DNA of 64,000 nucleotides from Barthelona sp. PCE. Taxonomy: Eukaryota. Of this stretch, positions 1 through 11,111 are shown in pieces. Position numbers and translations under genes: made by a program. Below the pieces are notes generated by a model. The model ran no database searches. It saw nothing but the letters and a program-made list of their open reading frames with translations, and had not been told where the DNA came from. The stretch covers positions 1,240,001 to 1,304,000 of the forward strand of contig JAUFOR010000002.1 in assembly GCA_040285745.1 (NCBI GenBank). The letters run 5' to 3'. Within the stretch, counting starts at the first letter, position 1. The number at the start of each line of letters is the position of its first letter.

Positions 1-2282
1 ACGTCCTTGAGTTCAACGTAATGATCCTTACCCTTATCAGAAATGTCTCCCTTGGGATCACGCCAACATAGACGCGTCCTATCTTGGTTCAAGTGTACAT
101 ACCTAAGATGAGGCTTACCTGAACGACCAAACTTGATTGCAATGATACCTGCATTTTGTACATACTCGATAATACGTTCATAGAGATCGATAGTTGACTG
201 ATGACCGAATGCACTTTCATACTCCTCATCTTCCATTTCCTCATCACGTCCTCTTCTGAGCAGCATTTCAGGATTACGTTCAACACGGTTTTGACCAAGA
301 TCATCGATTTGATCATTATCAATCCAATCATCACCAGGTAGTTTTGATCGAAGCTCCATAATAACATATTCCAGTTCTTCTCTCTTCTTCTTTTCATCCT
401 CAAGCTGGTTCTGAAGATCCTCATACATAGCCTCCAGTTCAGGATTGACAACCTGTTGTACAGATTCTTCTGGTGGTGGTGGTGGTGGAAGTTCCTCAAG
501 CCTCTCCTTAAGTTCAGACTCTTTCTTCTTTAACTCGTTCTGAAGCTTTTTAATCTTCTTATCCTTCTTCTTCAAGTCAGCCTTACTTGATTCCATACGT
601 TTTTTCAAACGAGCAAGCTCTTCCTCAACCTTTTGTAATTTTGCAATTTTTTTACGCAACTCCTTCTTCAGACCTTCTACTTCATCGTTAAACTGGTTTT
701 GGGCCTCACCTCTGTTAGATTTCATGGTTTCTACAGCATCTTCCAACTCAGTAACACGTTTTAGTGCTTTAGAAAGAGAAATACGAAGGTGCTCATGTTC
801 GCGTTCATTTTCATTAGATTCAGAACTCTGGTTGCGCAACTGATTCTTTAGATCTTTAATCTTATCTTCAAACTTACGACGTGCTTCACTAAAGTCATGA
901 ACCAGTTTCTCCTGCTTTGCTTGAGCATCTGTTCTGAACTTCTTCAATACATTTTCTTGCTCACGTTCGTATTCCTGCTTGTACTCATCAAACTCTTCTT
1001 TCAACTCCTCTCTCAATTCATCAAGTTCAAGTTTCAAGTTACTATCAACACTCCTCTTGCGATCATTCTCGAGTCTAGCCAACTCTGTCTTCAATTTCTT
1101 GATTATGAGCGTGATTTGACGCTCAAATTGAGGATTATGCACATCATGATCATCAAACTGAGTACTATAGCCATATACTTCCATGCAAACACGCAGTTCA
1201 GCCTCCAGCCTGATAATTTCATCACTGTTGACCTCATCAGGAACGCTACCGCTAGAAAACTGACTGTTTAAAGAACTTGTTGAAGCAGTGCTACTGGCAC
1301 GAACTCGGGAAGCCTCAGGAAGAATGTCTGAGAATGAAGGGTTCTTATGCGACAACCTTCTTGTGAATTCTAGTGAAATAGCACCACATGGGTCTGTTGG
1401 GGGAAGACATAAACAAAAAAGACAATTACTGTATCCAGATAATGCTGGTTCAAGATATCTCGTCAATAAACACCCTTCTGTGGGAATGGAAAGCTTACCT
1501 TGGTTCATTGCAGCGATACAGCAACCAAGTTTATCAAGAGTAGATGAGACAAACCTAATTTCTTGAGTTTTTTTTGATTTCGACGATGGTTCCGGTGGTA
1601 CACATTCTAAAAAGTACAAAGATGAAGATATTTTCACAGTGGGAGAGATGGGATCAGGTCTTGTGATAATAATGCGAAGCAAAAAAAAAGAATTATCCTT
1701 TCGCTTATGTTGTGAAACTTTCTCGAGAAAAGCTGCTGCTGCGAGCTCATTGGTGATCTTCACGCTCTCTACGTTACGTAATTCAACTTCTTCTGAACGT
1801 GTGTTGACAGATACAGGTTGACTTCCGTTAAGAACATCAAAGAATGTATCACAAAAGTATTCAACGGCCTGTACATGGAGCTCTACGTCATCTTCCAACT
1901 CAGCAAAAATTTGTCCAATGGCCTGATAAGCGAGACCCTCTTGTCCACGACGATAATCAAATAAAGTTGTTGATTTTCCGCCTGTTGCAGGTCCAAAACC
2001 AACAAACAGAGTGGACATTGGTTCTTCATCGAGTGCTAGATCAACTAAAACCTCTCCTTCACCATCTAAAAATACAGTTTCAGGTTCTTCTGTTTCACCA
2101 AAAACCTGATAAAAATCGTAAGATTTTTGGAAAAGCCCATGTTTGGAGGTGTCGATTACCTGAAGCTTTGAGTTAACAGGCTGATACAAATTGAGAGAGC
2201 GTTTCTCATTGTTGTATTTATCGACTTTCGGTCGTAGCCTTGTGACCATGTATACAACTTTGTCGTCTTCGGCTTCTGCCAT
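1..2282 (-). CDS. Divergent kinesin-like protein: degenerate motor domain, coiled coil and C-terminal PH-like domain; 3' end lies outside the window
   Basis: Not in the ORF track because it has no stop codon inside the window. Manual translation from ATG 2282: MAEAEDDKVVYMVTRLRP, SYDFYQVFG, Walker A GPATGGKS, VQAVEYFCDTFFDVL, STLDKLGCCIAAM and IPTEGCLLTRYLEPALSG follow kinesin motif order. Then a coiled coil and IKFGRSGKPHLRYVHLNQDRTRLCW (PH-like). Confidence 0.8.
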   Translation of the reverse strand, partial: MAEAEDDKVVYMVTRLRPKVDKYNNEKRSLNLYQPVNSKLQVIDTSKHGLFQKSYDFYQVFGETEEPETVFLDGEGEVLVDLALDEEPMSTLFVGFGPATGGKSTTLFDYRRGQEGLAYQAIGQIFAELEDDVELHVQAVEYFCDTFFDVLNGSQPVSVNTRSEEVELRNVESVKITNELAAAAFLEKVSQHKRKDNSFFLLRIIITRPDPISPTVKISSSLYFLECVPPEPSSKSKKTQEIRFVSSTLDKLGCCIAAMNQGKLSIPTEGCLLTRYLEPALSGYSNCLFCLCLPPTDPCGAISLEFTRRLSHKNPSFSDILPEASRVRASSTASTSSLNSQFSSGSVPDEVNSDEIIRLEAELRVCMEVYGYSTQFDDHDVHNPQFERQITLIIKKLKTELARLENDRKRSVDSNLKLELDELREELKEEFDEYKQEYEREQENVLKKFRTDAQAKQEKLVHDFSEARRKFEDKIKDLKNQLRNQSSESNENEREHEHLRISLSKALKRVTELEDAVETMKSNRGEAQNQFNDEVEGLKKELRKKIAKLQKVEEELARLKKRMESSKADLKKKDKKIKKLQNELKKKESELKERLEELPPPPPPEESVQQVVNPELEAMYEDLQNQLEDEKKKREELEYVIMELRSKLPGDDWIDNDQIDDLGQNRVERNPEMLLRRGRDEEMEDEEYESAFGHQSTIDLYERIIEYVQNAGIIAIKFGRSGKPHLRYVHLNQDRTRLCWRDPKGDISDKGKDHYVELKD

Positions 2283-2576
2283 GATGTTGATGGATAGAAA
2301 CCGTTAGAACAAAGGGAAAAAATGTTAAACAGGTTTCTTCTTCTTGAACGCGTTTTAAGCGGTGTGTAGAAACTAAACAAACCACAGCCCAGGCACTGAT
2401 CCAAAAGAATAGCGTTGCAACATTTCTTTCATTGCTTCAATTTTTATTCACTTAAGAAATAATGACTGGACCATACTTTCACCGAATAAACTGAACCTTG
2501 ACAATAAAATAACTTAAACTTTCAGCAAGGAATTGAAAAAAATATCTTAATCAATTTTTTTTAGTTTACAGCAACA

Positions 2577-3263
2577 TTAGAATGTTTCTTTAGGTTCCAT
2601 GGGCGTTATTGGGTCCGGGAGTATATCACGCGTGACATGGATACGAGAAACTGAATCAATAAAAGAGTCAACAAACACAACAAACTCTTCACGATCCATT
2701 GAATGACTTTCGTCAACATCAAATGCTTCCATCATCTCAGAAGCCTGGCGCACGAGACACCGTCCCTTATCGAATGAATCACCAGGGAACAAGAAACTGA
2801 GCATCTGAGCTAATTCGTGAGAATCTAATAATCCGTTTTTATCACGATCAAAATGCTCCCACATCATGTCTACGAAGTCTGGGTCATCAAAGCACTCTTT
2901 AATTAAGGTAGCAACGAAACTAGGATTATTCTCATGAACTTTCTCCCATAATGCTTTGAATTCATCATAGTCAAAGATATCATTTCCATCCAAATCATGT
3001 TTTTCAACAAACGTGGCCAAACAACGAACATATACACGTGGAATACGACCTCTAAAACTATCCTGTACTTTATCCAGTAATAGGTTAACTACATCATTAC
3101 AACCCAGTGTTCCGAGCTCACGCTCCAGTTCCAAATACTCTGCCCTAATCTCATCCACCAGGGTTGGAACTTCAATTTTTTGACGACGATAGTCTTCGAT
3201 AACTAATTCATTGTGTTTCTTGGTTCGCGGTTTATACTTTCTACGTGATCTTCTGTATCCCAT
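2577..3263 (-). CDS. EF-hand calcium-binding protein
   Basis: EF-hand loops DLDGNDIFDYDE, DRDKNGLLDSHE, DVDESHSMDREE. Confidence 0.85.
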   Translation of the reverse strand: MGYRRSRRKYKPRTKKHNELVIEDYRRQKIEVPTLVDEIRAEYLELERELGTLGCNDVVNLLLDKVQDSFRGRIPRVYVRCLATFVEKHDLDGNDIFDYDEFKALWEKVHENNPSFVATLIKECFDDPDFVDMMWEHFDRDKNGLLDSHELAQMLSFLFPGDSFDKGRCLVRQASEMMEAFDVDESHSMDREEFVVFVDSFIDSVSRIHVTRDILPDPITPMEPKETF

Positions 3264-3580
3264 ATGAGTTTAAATGATAATAAAAGGGTGATAAAAAAGT
3301 TTTCGAACTTTCTGCTTTGGAATGTAATTCTAAAGCCTCAATAAGGAACCATATACTAATGCATAGGCACATTAAGCAATGAAATAGGAAAATACAAGCA
3401 AATTGGAAAAAGCCCATTTTAGTAAGGATATGAAATATGTCCGGCAGATAAAAATATTTTCTAATCTCAGTTTACTTACCATGATAACTACGTAAAACAG
3501 TTATACTTGTCATGTATTATGCAAAATTTTCAATATTTCCACTTCAACTGTTTCCCATTTAATACCTTTTTCAATTCAAT

Positions 3581-5281
3581 CTAATCTGACAGATCCGACA
3601 GCCCATCCTCATCCTGCTCCTCCATCATACCGCCACTGTCACAAGTAAATAGGAAACTTTCTTCGAGTGAATCAACGAGTTGTTTGAATGGTGTTAGCAC
3701 TTCGTTCACATCAACACGTGTTTTGAGCAGATAGGGTCTACCTCCCCAAGTTACCACATCACCTGTTTGTGAAAAAATTGAGGTCAAATGTTGAGTGCAC
3801 TGATTTGTGAGTTTCGAAAGACTAGTAAACAAGGCCTGTAGGCGTGGATACGACTTCATGGGTATTTCTCTTTGCTCCTCATCCTTTGCCTGTTGAAATA
3901 TGGTTGTGATTTCTGATAAAGTTGCTTCTCTTTGTACAATTATAACAACAGCGTGTTCCCATTCAAGAAGGATCTCTCTCAAGCGGTGAAAGAACTGTGA
4001 TGACGTATACTTAACCATGAAATCCAGTCGTTGCATTAGTGGCATGAGGAGCGCCTCCCACATATTTGTTAATCTCGACTGCAAATCTTTAGGTACCCGT
4101 TCCACAGTGAATTTTGAGTCCTCAAACACATCCAGATCAAGCTGATCAAGTTCATCAGGCGTTACCTCTATGACGTTAGCGAATCTCTTTTCTGATATCA
4201 TACTAACTAACTTTTGAATCTGAAAATCACCTTCCTCTGGCAGCATTTCATCGAATACACCATCAATCTGTCGTAATTCACTTTGTGCAAAATGTTCTGT
4301 TCCTAAAGCATCAACTGGGTTTAGATCAACTTCAAAACTATCAACGTCAATCGCTGAAAGAAGGCGGTCAACGTCAGCCTCGGTGATAGTCTCTCCTTTG
4401 GGTACAACTAAATCTGGTGGAGTTTCTGGTTGTACTTCTAACAGTGGATCGATCTCATCAGGGATAGGCAGAGGTTCTAACATACGCAGCGTCGTTCCTT
4501 CGGGGCCAGGGACGTTGGAATACTGTGCTGATATACCCTTAGGCATTCTATTAAGAGCATTTCTTACCTTTTCCTGACGATCTTTAAAAAGTGCTTCTTC
4601 CTCTTCACTCATCTTATACAATTCTCCAGTTTTTGCACTTTCGAGTTTATCCTTGAATGCTTGATGCTGTTCTTCTTCAAGGTTCTTAATATGTTCAGTG
4701 AGACGCTCGGTTGCTAAAGAATTAAAATCTTTGATTGAATCCATAAATTTCTGTTGACGTTTACGTGCAATTTCACTGATGTTTAGGACCTGTGGACCCT
4801 CTTCAATCTTTGGAATTTCCATCTCAACTAAATGATGATCATTATTATCCTCTGTAAAAATTTTTTCTATTGATTCCATTACAATATCCTTTATACTGAC
4901 ATTTTCAAGCGCCTCTAGAATATCGTTGACATCATCAATCATATTCTCTCCTTTATCACTGAAAATTGAAATGTTTTTCTTGTTTGATTTGGATTTGGAT
5001 TTGCTAGTTTGCTTCAAAGATTGGACTTCTTCCATGGCCGATTCAACACAAATCTCAATAACACGTTGTTTTTGAGAATCATTTAGCTTCTTCTTAGTAC
5101 GAATGAGAGAATCATCTATTAAATCGCTGAACAACTCTTCAAAAGGACTAAGTTTTCGCTTATTTAGATTTTGAAATCTAAACTTCTCATAATCTACGTC
5201 AGGCTGTGGAATAGCTCTGCTAAATCTTGGTTTTGGTACAGGTAGCGGTTGTAAATCCCATATCTTATACTCTGGTGGCAT
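3581..5281 (-). CDS. CCDC87-like / MAP65-ASE1-related coiled-coil protein
   Basis: 566-aa ORF; LQSRLTNMWEALLMPLMQRLDFMVKYTS resembles the conserved C-terminal motif of CCDC87 (recalled, not searched). Confidence 0.5.
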   Translation of the reverse strand: MPPEYKIWDLQPLPVPKPRFSRAIPQPDVDYEKFRFQNLNKRKLSPFEELFSDLIDDSLIRTKKKLNDSQKQRVIEICVESAMEEVQSLKQTSKSKSKSNKKNISIFSDKGENMIDDVNDILEALENVSIKDIVMESIEKIFTEDNNDHHLVEMEIPKIEEGPQVLNISEIARKRQQKFMDSIKDFNSLATERLTEHIKNLEEEQHQAFKDKLESAKTGELYKMSEEEEALFKDRQEKVRNALNRMPKGISAQYSNVPGPEGTTLRMLEPLPIPDEIDPLLEVQPETPPDLVVPKGETITEADVDRLLSAIDVDSFEVDLNPVDALGTEHFAQSELRQIDGVFDEMLPEEGDFQIQKLVSMISEKRFANVIEVTPDELDQLDLDVFEDSKFTVERVPKDLQSRLTNMWEALLMPLMQRLDFMVKYTSSQFFHRLREILLEWEHAVVIIVQREATLSEITTIFQQAKDEEQREIPMKSYPRLQALFTSLSKLTNQCTQHLTSIFSQTGDVVTWGGRPYLLKTRVDVNEVLTPFKQLVDSLEESFLFTCDSGGMMEEQDEDGLSDLSD

Positions 5282-5465
5282 TTTATGACAATGTTCTATG
5301 CAATGAACGCAAAAAAAATATGCGTGAAATGATACAAAAAAGAGAAAACAAAAAAATTTTAAGCTAATTATTTACACAGTGTTAATGATGTTCCACCTTC
5401 TATAAGCCCACAGGAGAGCTGCTAATTTTAATAAATCTAAGTCTAAAAATAACTAAAAAAATAGA

Positions 5466-5936
5466 CTATGTTCTTGCCTTACGAATCCAACCAATATGGG
5501 GCATCAGATCACAACCAACTTTGAGGTTGATGTTTGAGATTGGAAGTACCTCATTTTCCACGAGGAAATGATACTTTGGCTCTCCCTTAATGGCAAATTG
5601 AGATTCTCCCTGTAAAACTTCATCAAATAAAACAAACTCATTCTTATGATCCTTATTATCACCGTATTCTGCCACCACATAGCAGTAAAGTGCTTTAACA
5701 TTCCAATTGTATAAAGAACTCACATCCACATCCACATTGATTTCTGAAGGAATATGAGTGTATGGAACCGACTCTATGGGCTGAAGTTCTCCCATTTTAA
5801 TGGTGAGAGATGCTGGTTCATGAATTGTCAAAGAAGAAGGTAATGTAATGAGGAATGATGTGACCCCACCTACCACAAGACAAACTATAGCGAAAAACGC
5901 CATAGAATATAGCCTTAGATACCATTTATGCAACAT
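5466..5936 (-). CDS. SPCS3: Signal peptidase complex subunit 3 (SPC22/23)
   Basis: N-terminal TM helix and DVSSLYNWNVKALYCYVVAEY...NEFVLFD signature; the C-terminus may be extended by an intron. Confidence 0.85.
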   Translation of the reverse strand: MLHKWYLRLYSMAFFAIVCLVVGGVTSFLITLPSSLTIHEPASLTIKMGELQPIESVPYTHIPSEINVDVDVSSLYNWNVKALYCYVVAEYGDNKDHKNEFVLFDEVLQGESQFAIKGEPKYHFLVENEVLPISNINLKVGCDLMPHIGWIRKART

Positions 5937-6266
5937 TTATGTTCTTTATCTTTGATAAGGGATATAAATTTGTAAACTTGTAACAATTTCAATTTATCAT
6001 CATTAAACTGTCAGAATTCCCCTTTAATGCCCTTATTTAGTGTGATGAAAGCACTGCTTGCCCATAAAACTCACTCTAAAGACAAATAACTCTAATATTC
6101 TCAAAGAACATTATATGAGACATGTAATAGGTCAATATTCTCCAAAATATACAATTCTAATAGACGCTCTCATCAATGTATGATGTTTATGAAGCGAAAA
6201 ATTTTCGTATTGTTTTTTCTATTCTACTTCTCTTCCTTTTGCAAAATTATTGGGATTCGTGGGAAA

Positions 6267-7940
6267 ATGAGTCTCCAGCTGCTCCATAGATTCACAGTTC
6301 AACCCAAACCGACATGTATGGCATTTTCTTCGTTACAGCCAAACATTTTCGTTGTTGGATACGAAAATGGTTCCGTAACAAGCTTTGAGATCATGAGGGA
6401 CGGGTCAACACGTGCATATCGTACATATAAGGGTCATAAAAGTTCCATATCAAGTATTTGTGTAGCTAAAGATGTCAATACTTTCGCAGCAGGCTCAGTA
6501 GGAGGATCCATCAGAATCTGGGACCTCAACTCTGGAGAATCTTTGGGTTCTTTACGTGGTCATGGTCAGACAGTAACTGGATTAGGGTTCTTTTCTGATG
6601 CTCTCTTTCTTGTATCATGTGGTCATGATGCAAAGGTACGTGTCCACGACCTGAGCCGAATGGGCACGATCATGCAGGTTGAATTTGAAGGATTTCCAAC
6701 TTGGACATCCTTTTCCCCTCATGGTAGATGGATTGTTTGTGCAAATGATGAAGGATTGATTAGAATCTGGGACCTACAGGACAGCAAGTCACCTGTTGCA
6801 TCATTTAATGATTTTAATAATGCTGTGACTGATATCATTTTTCATGACAGTGATTGTTACATGGTTGCAGTCAGTGAAGATCGCAATTGCATATTTTATA
6901 ATCTTGAAACTTTTGAAAAACTTGCTGTTTGTGAACCGAATATGGGACCTATTCATAAGTGTTTCCTTGATGCAACATCAGGATATTTGGTTACCGTTAC
7001 TGGGAATTGCATCAGATCATACACCTCCCCGGGTGCTGGTCTTGCAGGACACATGCCTGCAGGGTGGAATCAAGCTCCATTAGCAATTTCTCCTGCTCCT
7101 TTAGGCATGGATGGCTCAATGGTTTTTGCATGCATAAATAGAAGCACAATTGAATTATATGTAGGTGATGCACCAACTGATGTACAGTCAAGGAGTCAAA
7201 ATACTGGTGCACAATCGCCTAAACGCATAAGAACACCCGTACACGAACCCAAACCACATCATATAGAGGCTGTCCCCATCAGACCTGAGGTTTCAATGGT
7301 GACGCCAACACAACAACCCACACATGCTCCAGGTAAGACGATCATTGGGGTTTCGGATACACCTATTGGCATTTCACCTTCAGCTTTTCTTGCTACCAAC
7401 ACACCTATAATGCAGACTGTACCGAATGAACGTGCTGTTATGAGACAAGTCAGTGAAGACAGTACGTCAATGCTTACAGTACTAAGCACTCGTTTAACTC
7501 ATTTAAGGACAGCAGCAGCTTTATGGCAGAAAAACCAAGCTAAATGTATCTCAACACTTGCACACAACAGAGACGAAAGTGTTTTGGCAGATTTTATCAA
7601 GCATGTTATACTTGGCAAGAACCTATCTCTGAAAATAGCTGCTCTGGTTTTGCCTCATATTAGTCCATTGCTAAACTCAAAGTATGAAGCTTTTGTTAGT
7701 GCTGGACTCACACTTATTGGTGATGTGTGTGATGCTTTTAGAGGAGTTATACGTACTTCTCTTGCAGTGAAACCAACTGGTGTAGATATCAGTCATGAAG
7801 AAAGATATAATCGATGTCAACGTGTTGTGGAATGTCTAATCAATTTTAGAAAAATTTTACAAACCCTTTCTTCACGTGAAAGTAATATAGGTGCTAGTGC
7901 AGCAGATGTAATGTCAAGGATTGATGAATGTGTCAGATAA
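6267..7940 (+). CDS. KATNB1: Katanin p80 subunit (WD40 repeats plus con80 domain)
   Basis: N-terminal WD40 repeats (GSIRIWDL, GLIRIWDL), Pro-rich linker, C-terminal MLTVLSTRLTHLRTAAALW...GVDISHEERYNRC; ATG 6267 is the likely start. Confidence 0.88.
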   Translation: MSLQLLHRFTVQPKPTCMAFSSLQPNIFVVGYENGSVTSFEIMRDGSTRAYRTYKGHKSSISSICVAKDVNTFAAGSVGGSIRIWDLNSGESLGSLRGHGQTVTGLGFFSDALFLVSCGHDAKVRVHDLSRMGTIMQVEFEGFPTWTSFSPHGRWIVCANDEGLIRIWDLQDSKSPVASFNDFNNAVTDIIFHDSDCYMVAVSEDRNCIFYNLETFEKLAVCEPNMGPIHKCFLDATSGYLVTVTGNCIRSYTSPGAGLAGHMPAGWNQAPLAISPAPLGMDGSMVFACINRSTIELYVGDAPTDVQSRSQNTGAQSPKRIRTPVHEPKPHHIEAVPIRPEVSMVTPTQQPTHAPGKTIIGVSDTPIGISPSAFLATNTPIMQTVPNERAVMRQVSEDSTSMLTVLSTRLTHLRTAAALWQKNQAKCISTLAHNRDESVLADFIKHVILGKNLSLKIAALVLPHISPLLNSKYEAFVSAGLTLIGDVCDAFRGVIRTSLAVKPTGVDISHEERYNRCQRVVECLINFRKILQTLSSRESNIGASAADVMSRIDECVR

Positions 7941-7945
7941 TTTTA

Positions 7946-8626
7946 CTACAGTAAAGGATTATTGTTTGGATCTCTGTTTTCTAAGTATTCTTTCAAATTT
8001 TCCCTTGTCTTTCGTTCTTCTTCCTCTTCTTCTCTGCGTTGTTCTTCCATTTGTTCATCTATTAGCACCGTCAACTCCTCGAAATGTGACCTAATATACT
8101 GATAAAACCAATCAAATCCATCTGTTATAGTAGAATCCCTTGATCCTGATATGTTTTTTGCACTAATTCCAATTGAATTGAATGTCAGTGTTTTGTGTTC
8201 GTGTAGGCCAAGTCTATCACTCACTTTATCAACAGGAAGTGCTTCGTCTAGATCTTGTTTGTTCATTACAAATAATACAGGTTTTTTGCCAAATCGATCG
8301 TTAGTTATAAGATTATCCAACACCTCCTTCACCTCACCAAGGCGCATATCGTCTGCACAGTCAATGACGAAGATGAATCCATGACATTCAGCAAGATAAC
8401 TTGACCAAATACCACGAATACTACGACCGCCTCCTAGATCATAAAGCGCAATGTCAAATCCCTGTGACGCGTATGACCCGTGTGAAAAACCTACTGTTGG
8501 TGCTAGAAACTCTGAATCAGGATCTTGCCCTTGAAGTTTCTTGAATAGTGTTGTTTTTCCAGCATTATCGAGGCCCAAAAATGTCACATTTATGTTACTC
8601 ACCACATTTGATGCGAAACAGCCCAT
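7946..8626 (-). CDS. ARL13: ARF-like ciliary GTPase ARL13
   Basis: GLDNAGKTT, DLGGGRSIRGIW (Gly in place of the catalytic Gln is typical of ARL13), NKQD, C-terminal coiled coil. Confidence 0.85.
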   Translation of the reverse strand: MGCFASNVVSNINVTFLGLDNAGKTTLFKKLQGQDPDSEFLAPTVGFSHGSYASQGFDIALYDLGGGRSIRGIWSSYLAECHGFIFVIDCADDMRLGEVKEVLDNLITNDRFGKKPVLFVMNKQDLDEALPVDKVSDRLGLHEHKTLTFNSIGISAKNISGSRDSTITDGFDWFYQYIRSHFEELTVLIDEQMEEQRREEEEEERKTRENLKEYLENRDPNNNPLL

Positions 8627-9049
8627 GATAATTCACGAAACAGGATGAAATATTATTAGCAAATGTTTTGAACTCTAAATTTAGACTCTGATACACATGC
8701 CCGTTTATGATATACATACTTCTCGGTGCCCAGAGCCAAAATTTGTTATGTTTCAACCTATCCTTAGTAAATAAGAAATAAACAATAGTATTTCTGTTAT
8801 TCATCACCTAAAATGATATTCTTTGGATGTATATGATACTTATACCCACACTGATATGTGAGAAAGATAATTTCACTGCTCTACCAAGAAAAACCCGGCT
8901 TGAAAAATTGTGTGGAAGAACAATAAATTTTGTATAAAAAAGGCCATAAAATCATTAACATCTCCATGGAAATGATATCTTAACTATGTTAAAAAGATGT
9001 ATACTTCTTTTTCTCCTTTTCAACACTATTTTGCACTTTTTGTTACGGT

Positions 9050-10561
9050 ATGCACAGTGACAAACTAAGACATTTTTACATCAAGGGTGTCAGGAGTTTA
9101 GGTGTTTGGGCCAGTGGTGTTAAATTCAGCTTAGATTCAAAAGGAATATTGTATATGCGCTTTGATCAGTGCGGGAATACGCAATCGAGTGGTCTTGTAC
9201 AGTGCGCCCTTTATGACGATCTTCCTTACCTAAAAGAGCTTCTTAGAGTTCGAAATATGTATCATTTGCAACCTACTGCTTCTGTTCTTAAATTTGATGT
9301 GGAAGATTCAAGCAAATATCTGCAGGCTAGCAGCATAATTAGAACGGCTATTTTTCCCACACCAAAACAATCCACAGTGTTTTGTCGTCAATTCTCGATT
9401 GACTCAAAGGGAACATGTCGTCTAATTTCAATGGATGACAATTTAGCAATCTCACTGCATCCCAGTCGTCGCTTTTTTGATTTAGAATGTTGTTTTCCAG
9501 TTCCATCAGACCCCAACTCCAAAATTTTCAAACAAAGTGATAAATTTCCCTTTCATTATTATCACTTCAAGGTACATTCAACTGTTTCGGTGCAGCAATG
9601 CCCCACGTACCTGAGGAACGTGCTGAAGATGTTGGTACAACTATCAATTGAAGAAGAAAAAAAAGTTCCACATACCATTCGGAATCACATTGATGTCCCT
9701 TCACATTTTGTTCCTGATCGTACATTTACTCGTTCAGAACTGGTAGCCTACCAAACAGGGTATTTCACAGTGGAACTTCCTAACTGGACGCATCTTGATA
9801 ACACAGTTGATGAAGTATATACGTATAAAGAGGGGGCGACTCTTGTCACTTTAGGTGACATGTTATTGGATATAAAGTATGGTGACAACGTTCTTAGCGT
9901 CGATTTCGCCTCAAATGAATACGTTTTATTTACTATAGACCATATCAACCCTTTTAGTTATAAGGTATTTAATTCATCTGAGGCTCTCACTCTGTTAACT
10001 TCTTCATTGGTCACTGGTATGTTCGATGTGGCAAAGCGAGCAGTAACTATTTTTAATAGTGATACATTATGGTTGGATAAATTGGCTGCTTTCGTTACTT
10101 ATGTACCACCAAAACGTGAACCTGACAGTCAATTTGATACCCCACAACCAGGCATGTTCCGTGGCATCTTCAAAGGCTATGAGCTCATTGTCAGACCAAA
10201 AGACAGTATATGTACGATTCTGTTCTACGATTCTGAGTCAATTTCGTTTGCATTAAACTCACAAGATGCCCTCTATTATAAGGATGAGATATCGGCTGTA
10301 CTCGAATATGCATCAAGAATGGCACGTGAACTGAAAGCTGTGGATGATGTGGCAGAAATTATAACAAAAAAAGAAGTTGAAGATAAAGTATTAACTGTTT
10401 CTGAGTCTCCACAGCTTGTCAGCAGTTCCGTGCGCATATCTGAGCTCCGTGAACATGTACCACTTCGTCTATCAAGGCCAACAGGCACAAAAGAAATTTC
10501 ATTTGAGAATGCTGATAAAGAAAGGAAACTAAGAGCTTTGGATTTATTAAAACGCATGTAA
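9050..10561 (+). CDS. Hypothetical protein, possibly C5orf34/DUF4524-like
   Basis: 503-aa ORF; LKELLRVRN, GTCRLISMD..ISLHP and SVQQCP segments recall C5orf34 (weak, from memory). Confidence 0.4.
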   Translation: MHSDKLRHFYIKGVRSLGVWASGVKFSLDSKGILYMRFDQCGNTQSSGLVQCALYDDLPYLKELLRVRNMYHLQPTASVLKFDVEDSSKYLQASSIIRTAIFPTPKQSTVFCRQFSIDSKGTCRLISMDDNLAISLHPSRRFFDLECCFPVPSDPNSKIFKQSDKFPFHYYHFKVHSTVSVQQCPTYLRNVLKMLVQLSIEEEKKVPHTIRNHIDVPSHFVPDRTFTRSELVAYQTGYFTVELPNWTHLDNTVDEVYTYKEGATLVTLGDMLLDIKYGDNVLSVDFASNEYVLFTIDHINPFSYKVFNSSEALTLLTSSLVTGMFDVAKRAVTIFNSDTLWLDKLAAFVTYVPPKREPDSQFDTPQPGMFRGIFKGYELIVRPKDSICTILFYDSESISFALNSQDALYYKDEISAVLEYASRMARELKAVDDVAEIITKKEVEDKVLTVSESPQLVSSSVRISELREHVPLRLSRPTGTKEISFENADKERKLRALDLLKRM

Positions 10562-10577
10562 AAAGATTGTAAATATA

Positions 10578-11111
10578 CTAAAAGCGAATAGTCATTCTAT
10601 TTTCAACATCAGAATCTTTAAGCAACTCAGAAAATTCTTCAAAAGTGATTTCTCCATCACCATCAAGATCAACTTCGCGGAATGTTTTATCTACAATTGA
10701 ATTCAGCTGGGTTTCTGTGAGATTACAACCTACCATTGTCTGTAATACTTCAAGTAGCTCATGTTTACGAATTACACCATCTTCATCCAAATCATACAAC
10801 CGGAAGCTAAATCTGAGCTTCTCCTCACGGCTTGCGCGTGCGGTGAATACTGACAACACACTTACAAAATCTCTAAAATTCACAGAACCACTACTATTAG
10901 CGTCCAACAATATTAGAATCCGATCTCGTAGAGGATTCATGGCAAGTTCTGGGAGAGCTAGGAATTCAGCACGTGTAAGGGTACCAGTGGAAGATGTGTC
11001 AAGGTCTTTGAAACGTTTATAGAGTCGCTTGAGTTCTTTTGCAGTAAACTTAGAAATTCTTTGCAAGTCTCTGAGCTCGTCTGAAGTGAGCTGGCTTTGC
11101 GATTGTCCCAT
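10578..11111 (-). CDS. CNB1: Calcineurin B regulatory subunit
   Basis: MGQSQS myristoylation start, ELKRLYKRFKDLD, LPELAMNPL, KLRFSFRLYDLDEDG, MVGCNL, four EF hands. Confidence 0.92.
   Translation of the reverse strand: MGQSQSQLTSDELRDLQRISKFTAKELKRLYKRFKDLDTSSTGTLTRAEFLALPELAMNPLRDRILILLDANSSGSVNFRDFVSVLSVFTARASREEKLRFSFRLYDLDEDGVIRKHELLEVLQTMVGCNLTETQLNSIVDKTFREVDLDGDGEITFEEFSELLKDSDVENRMTIRF

Noticed and set aside
89-499. ORF beginning MRNFHHHHH (His-tag-like)
   Set aside because: Alternative frame of a CCA (poly-Pro) run inside the kinesin-like CDS.
897-2404. Several short ORFs from the track
   Set aside because: Antisense or off-frame shadows of the long minus-strand kinesin-like gene.
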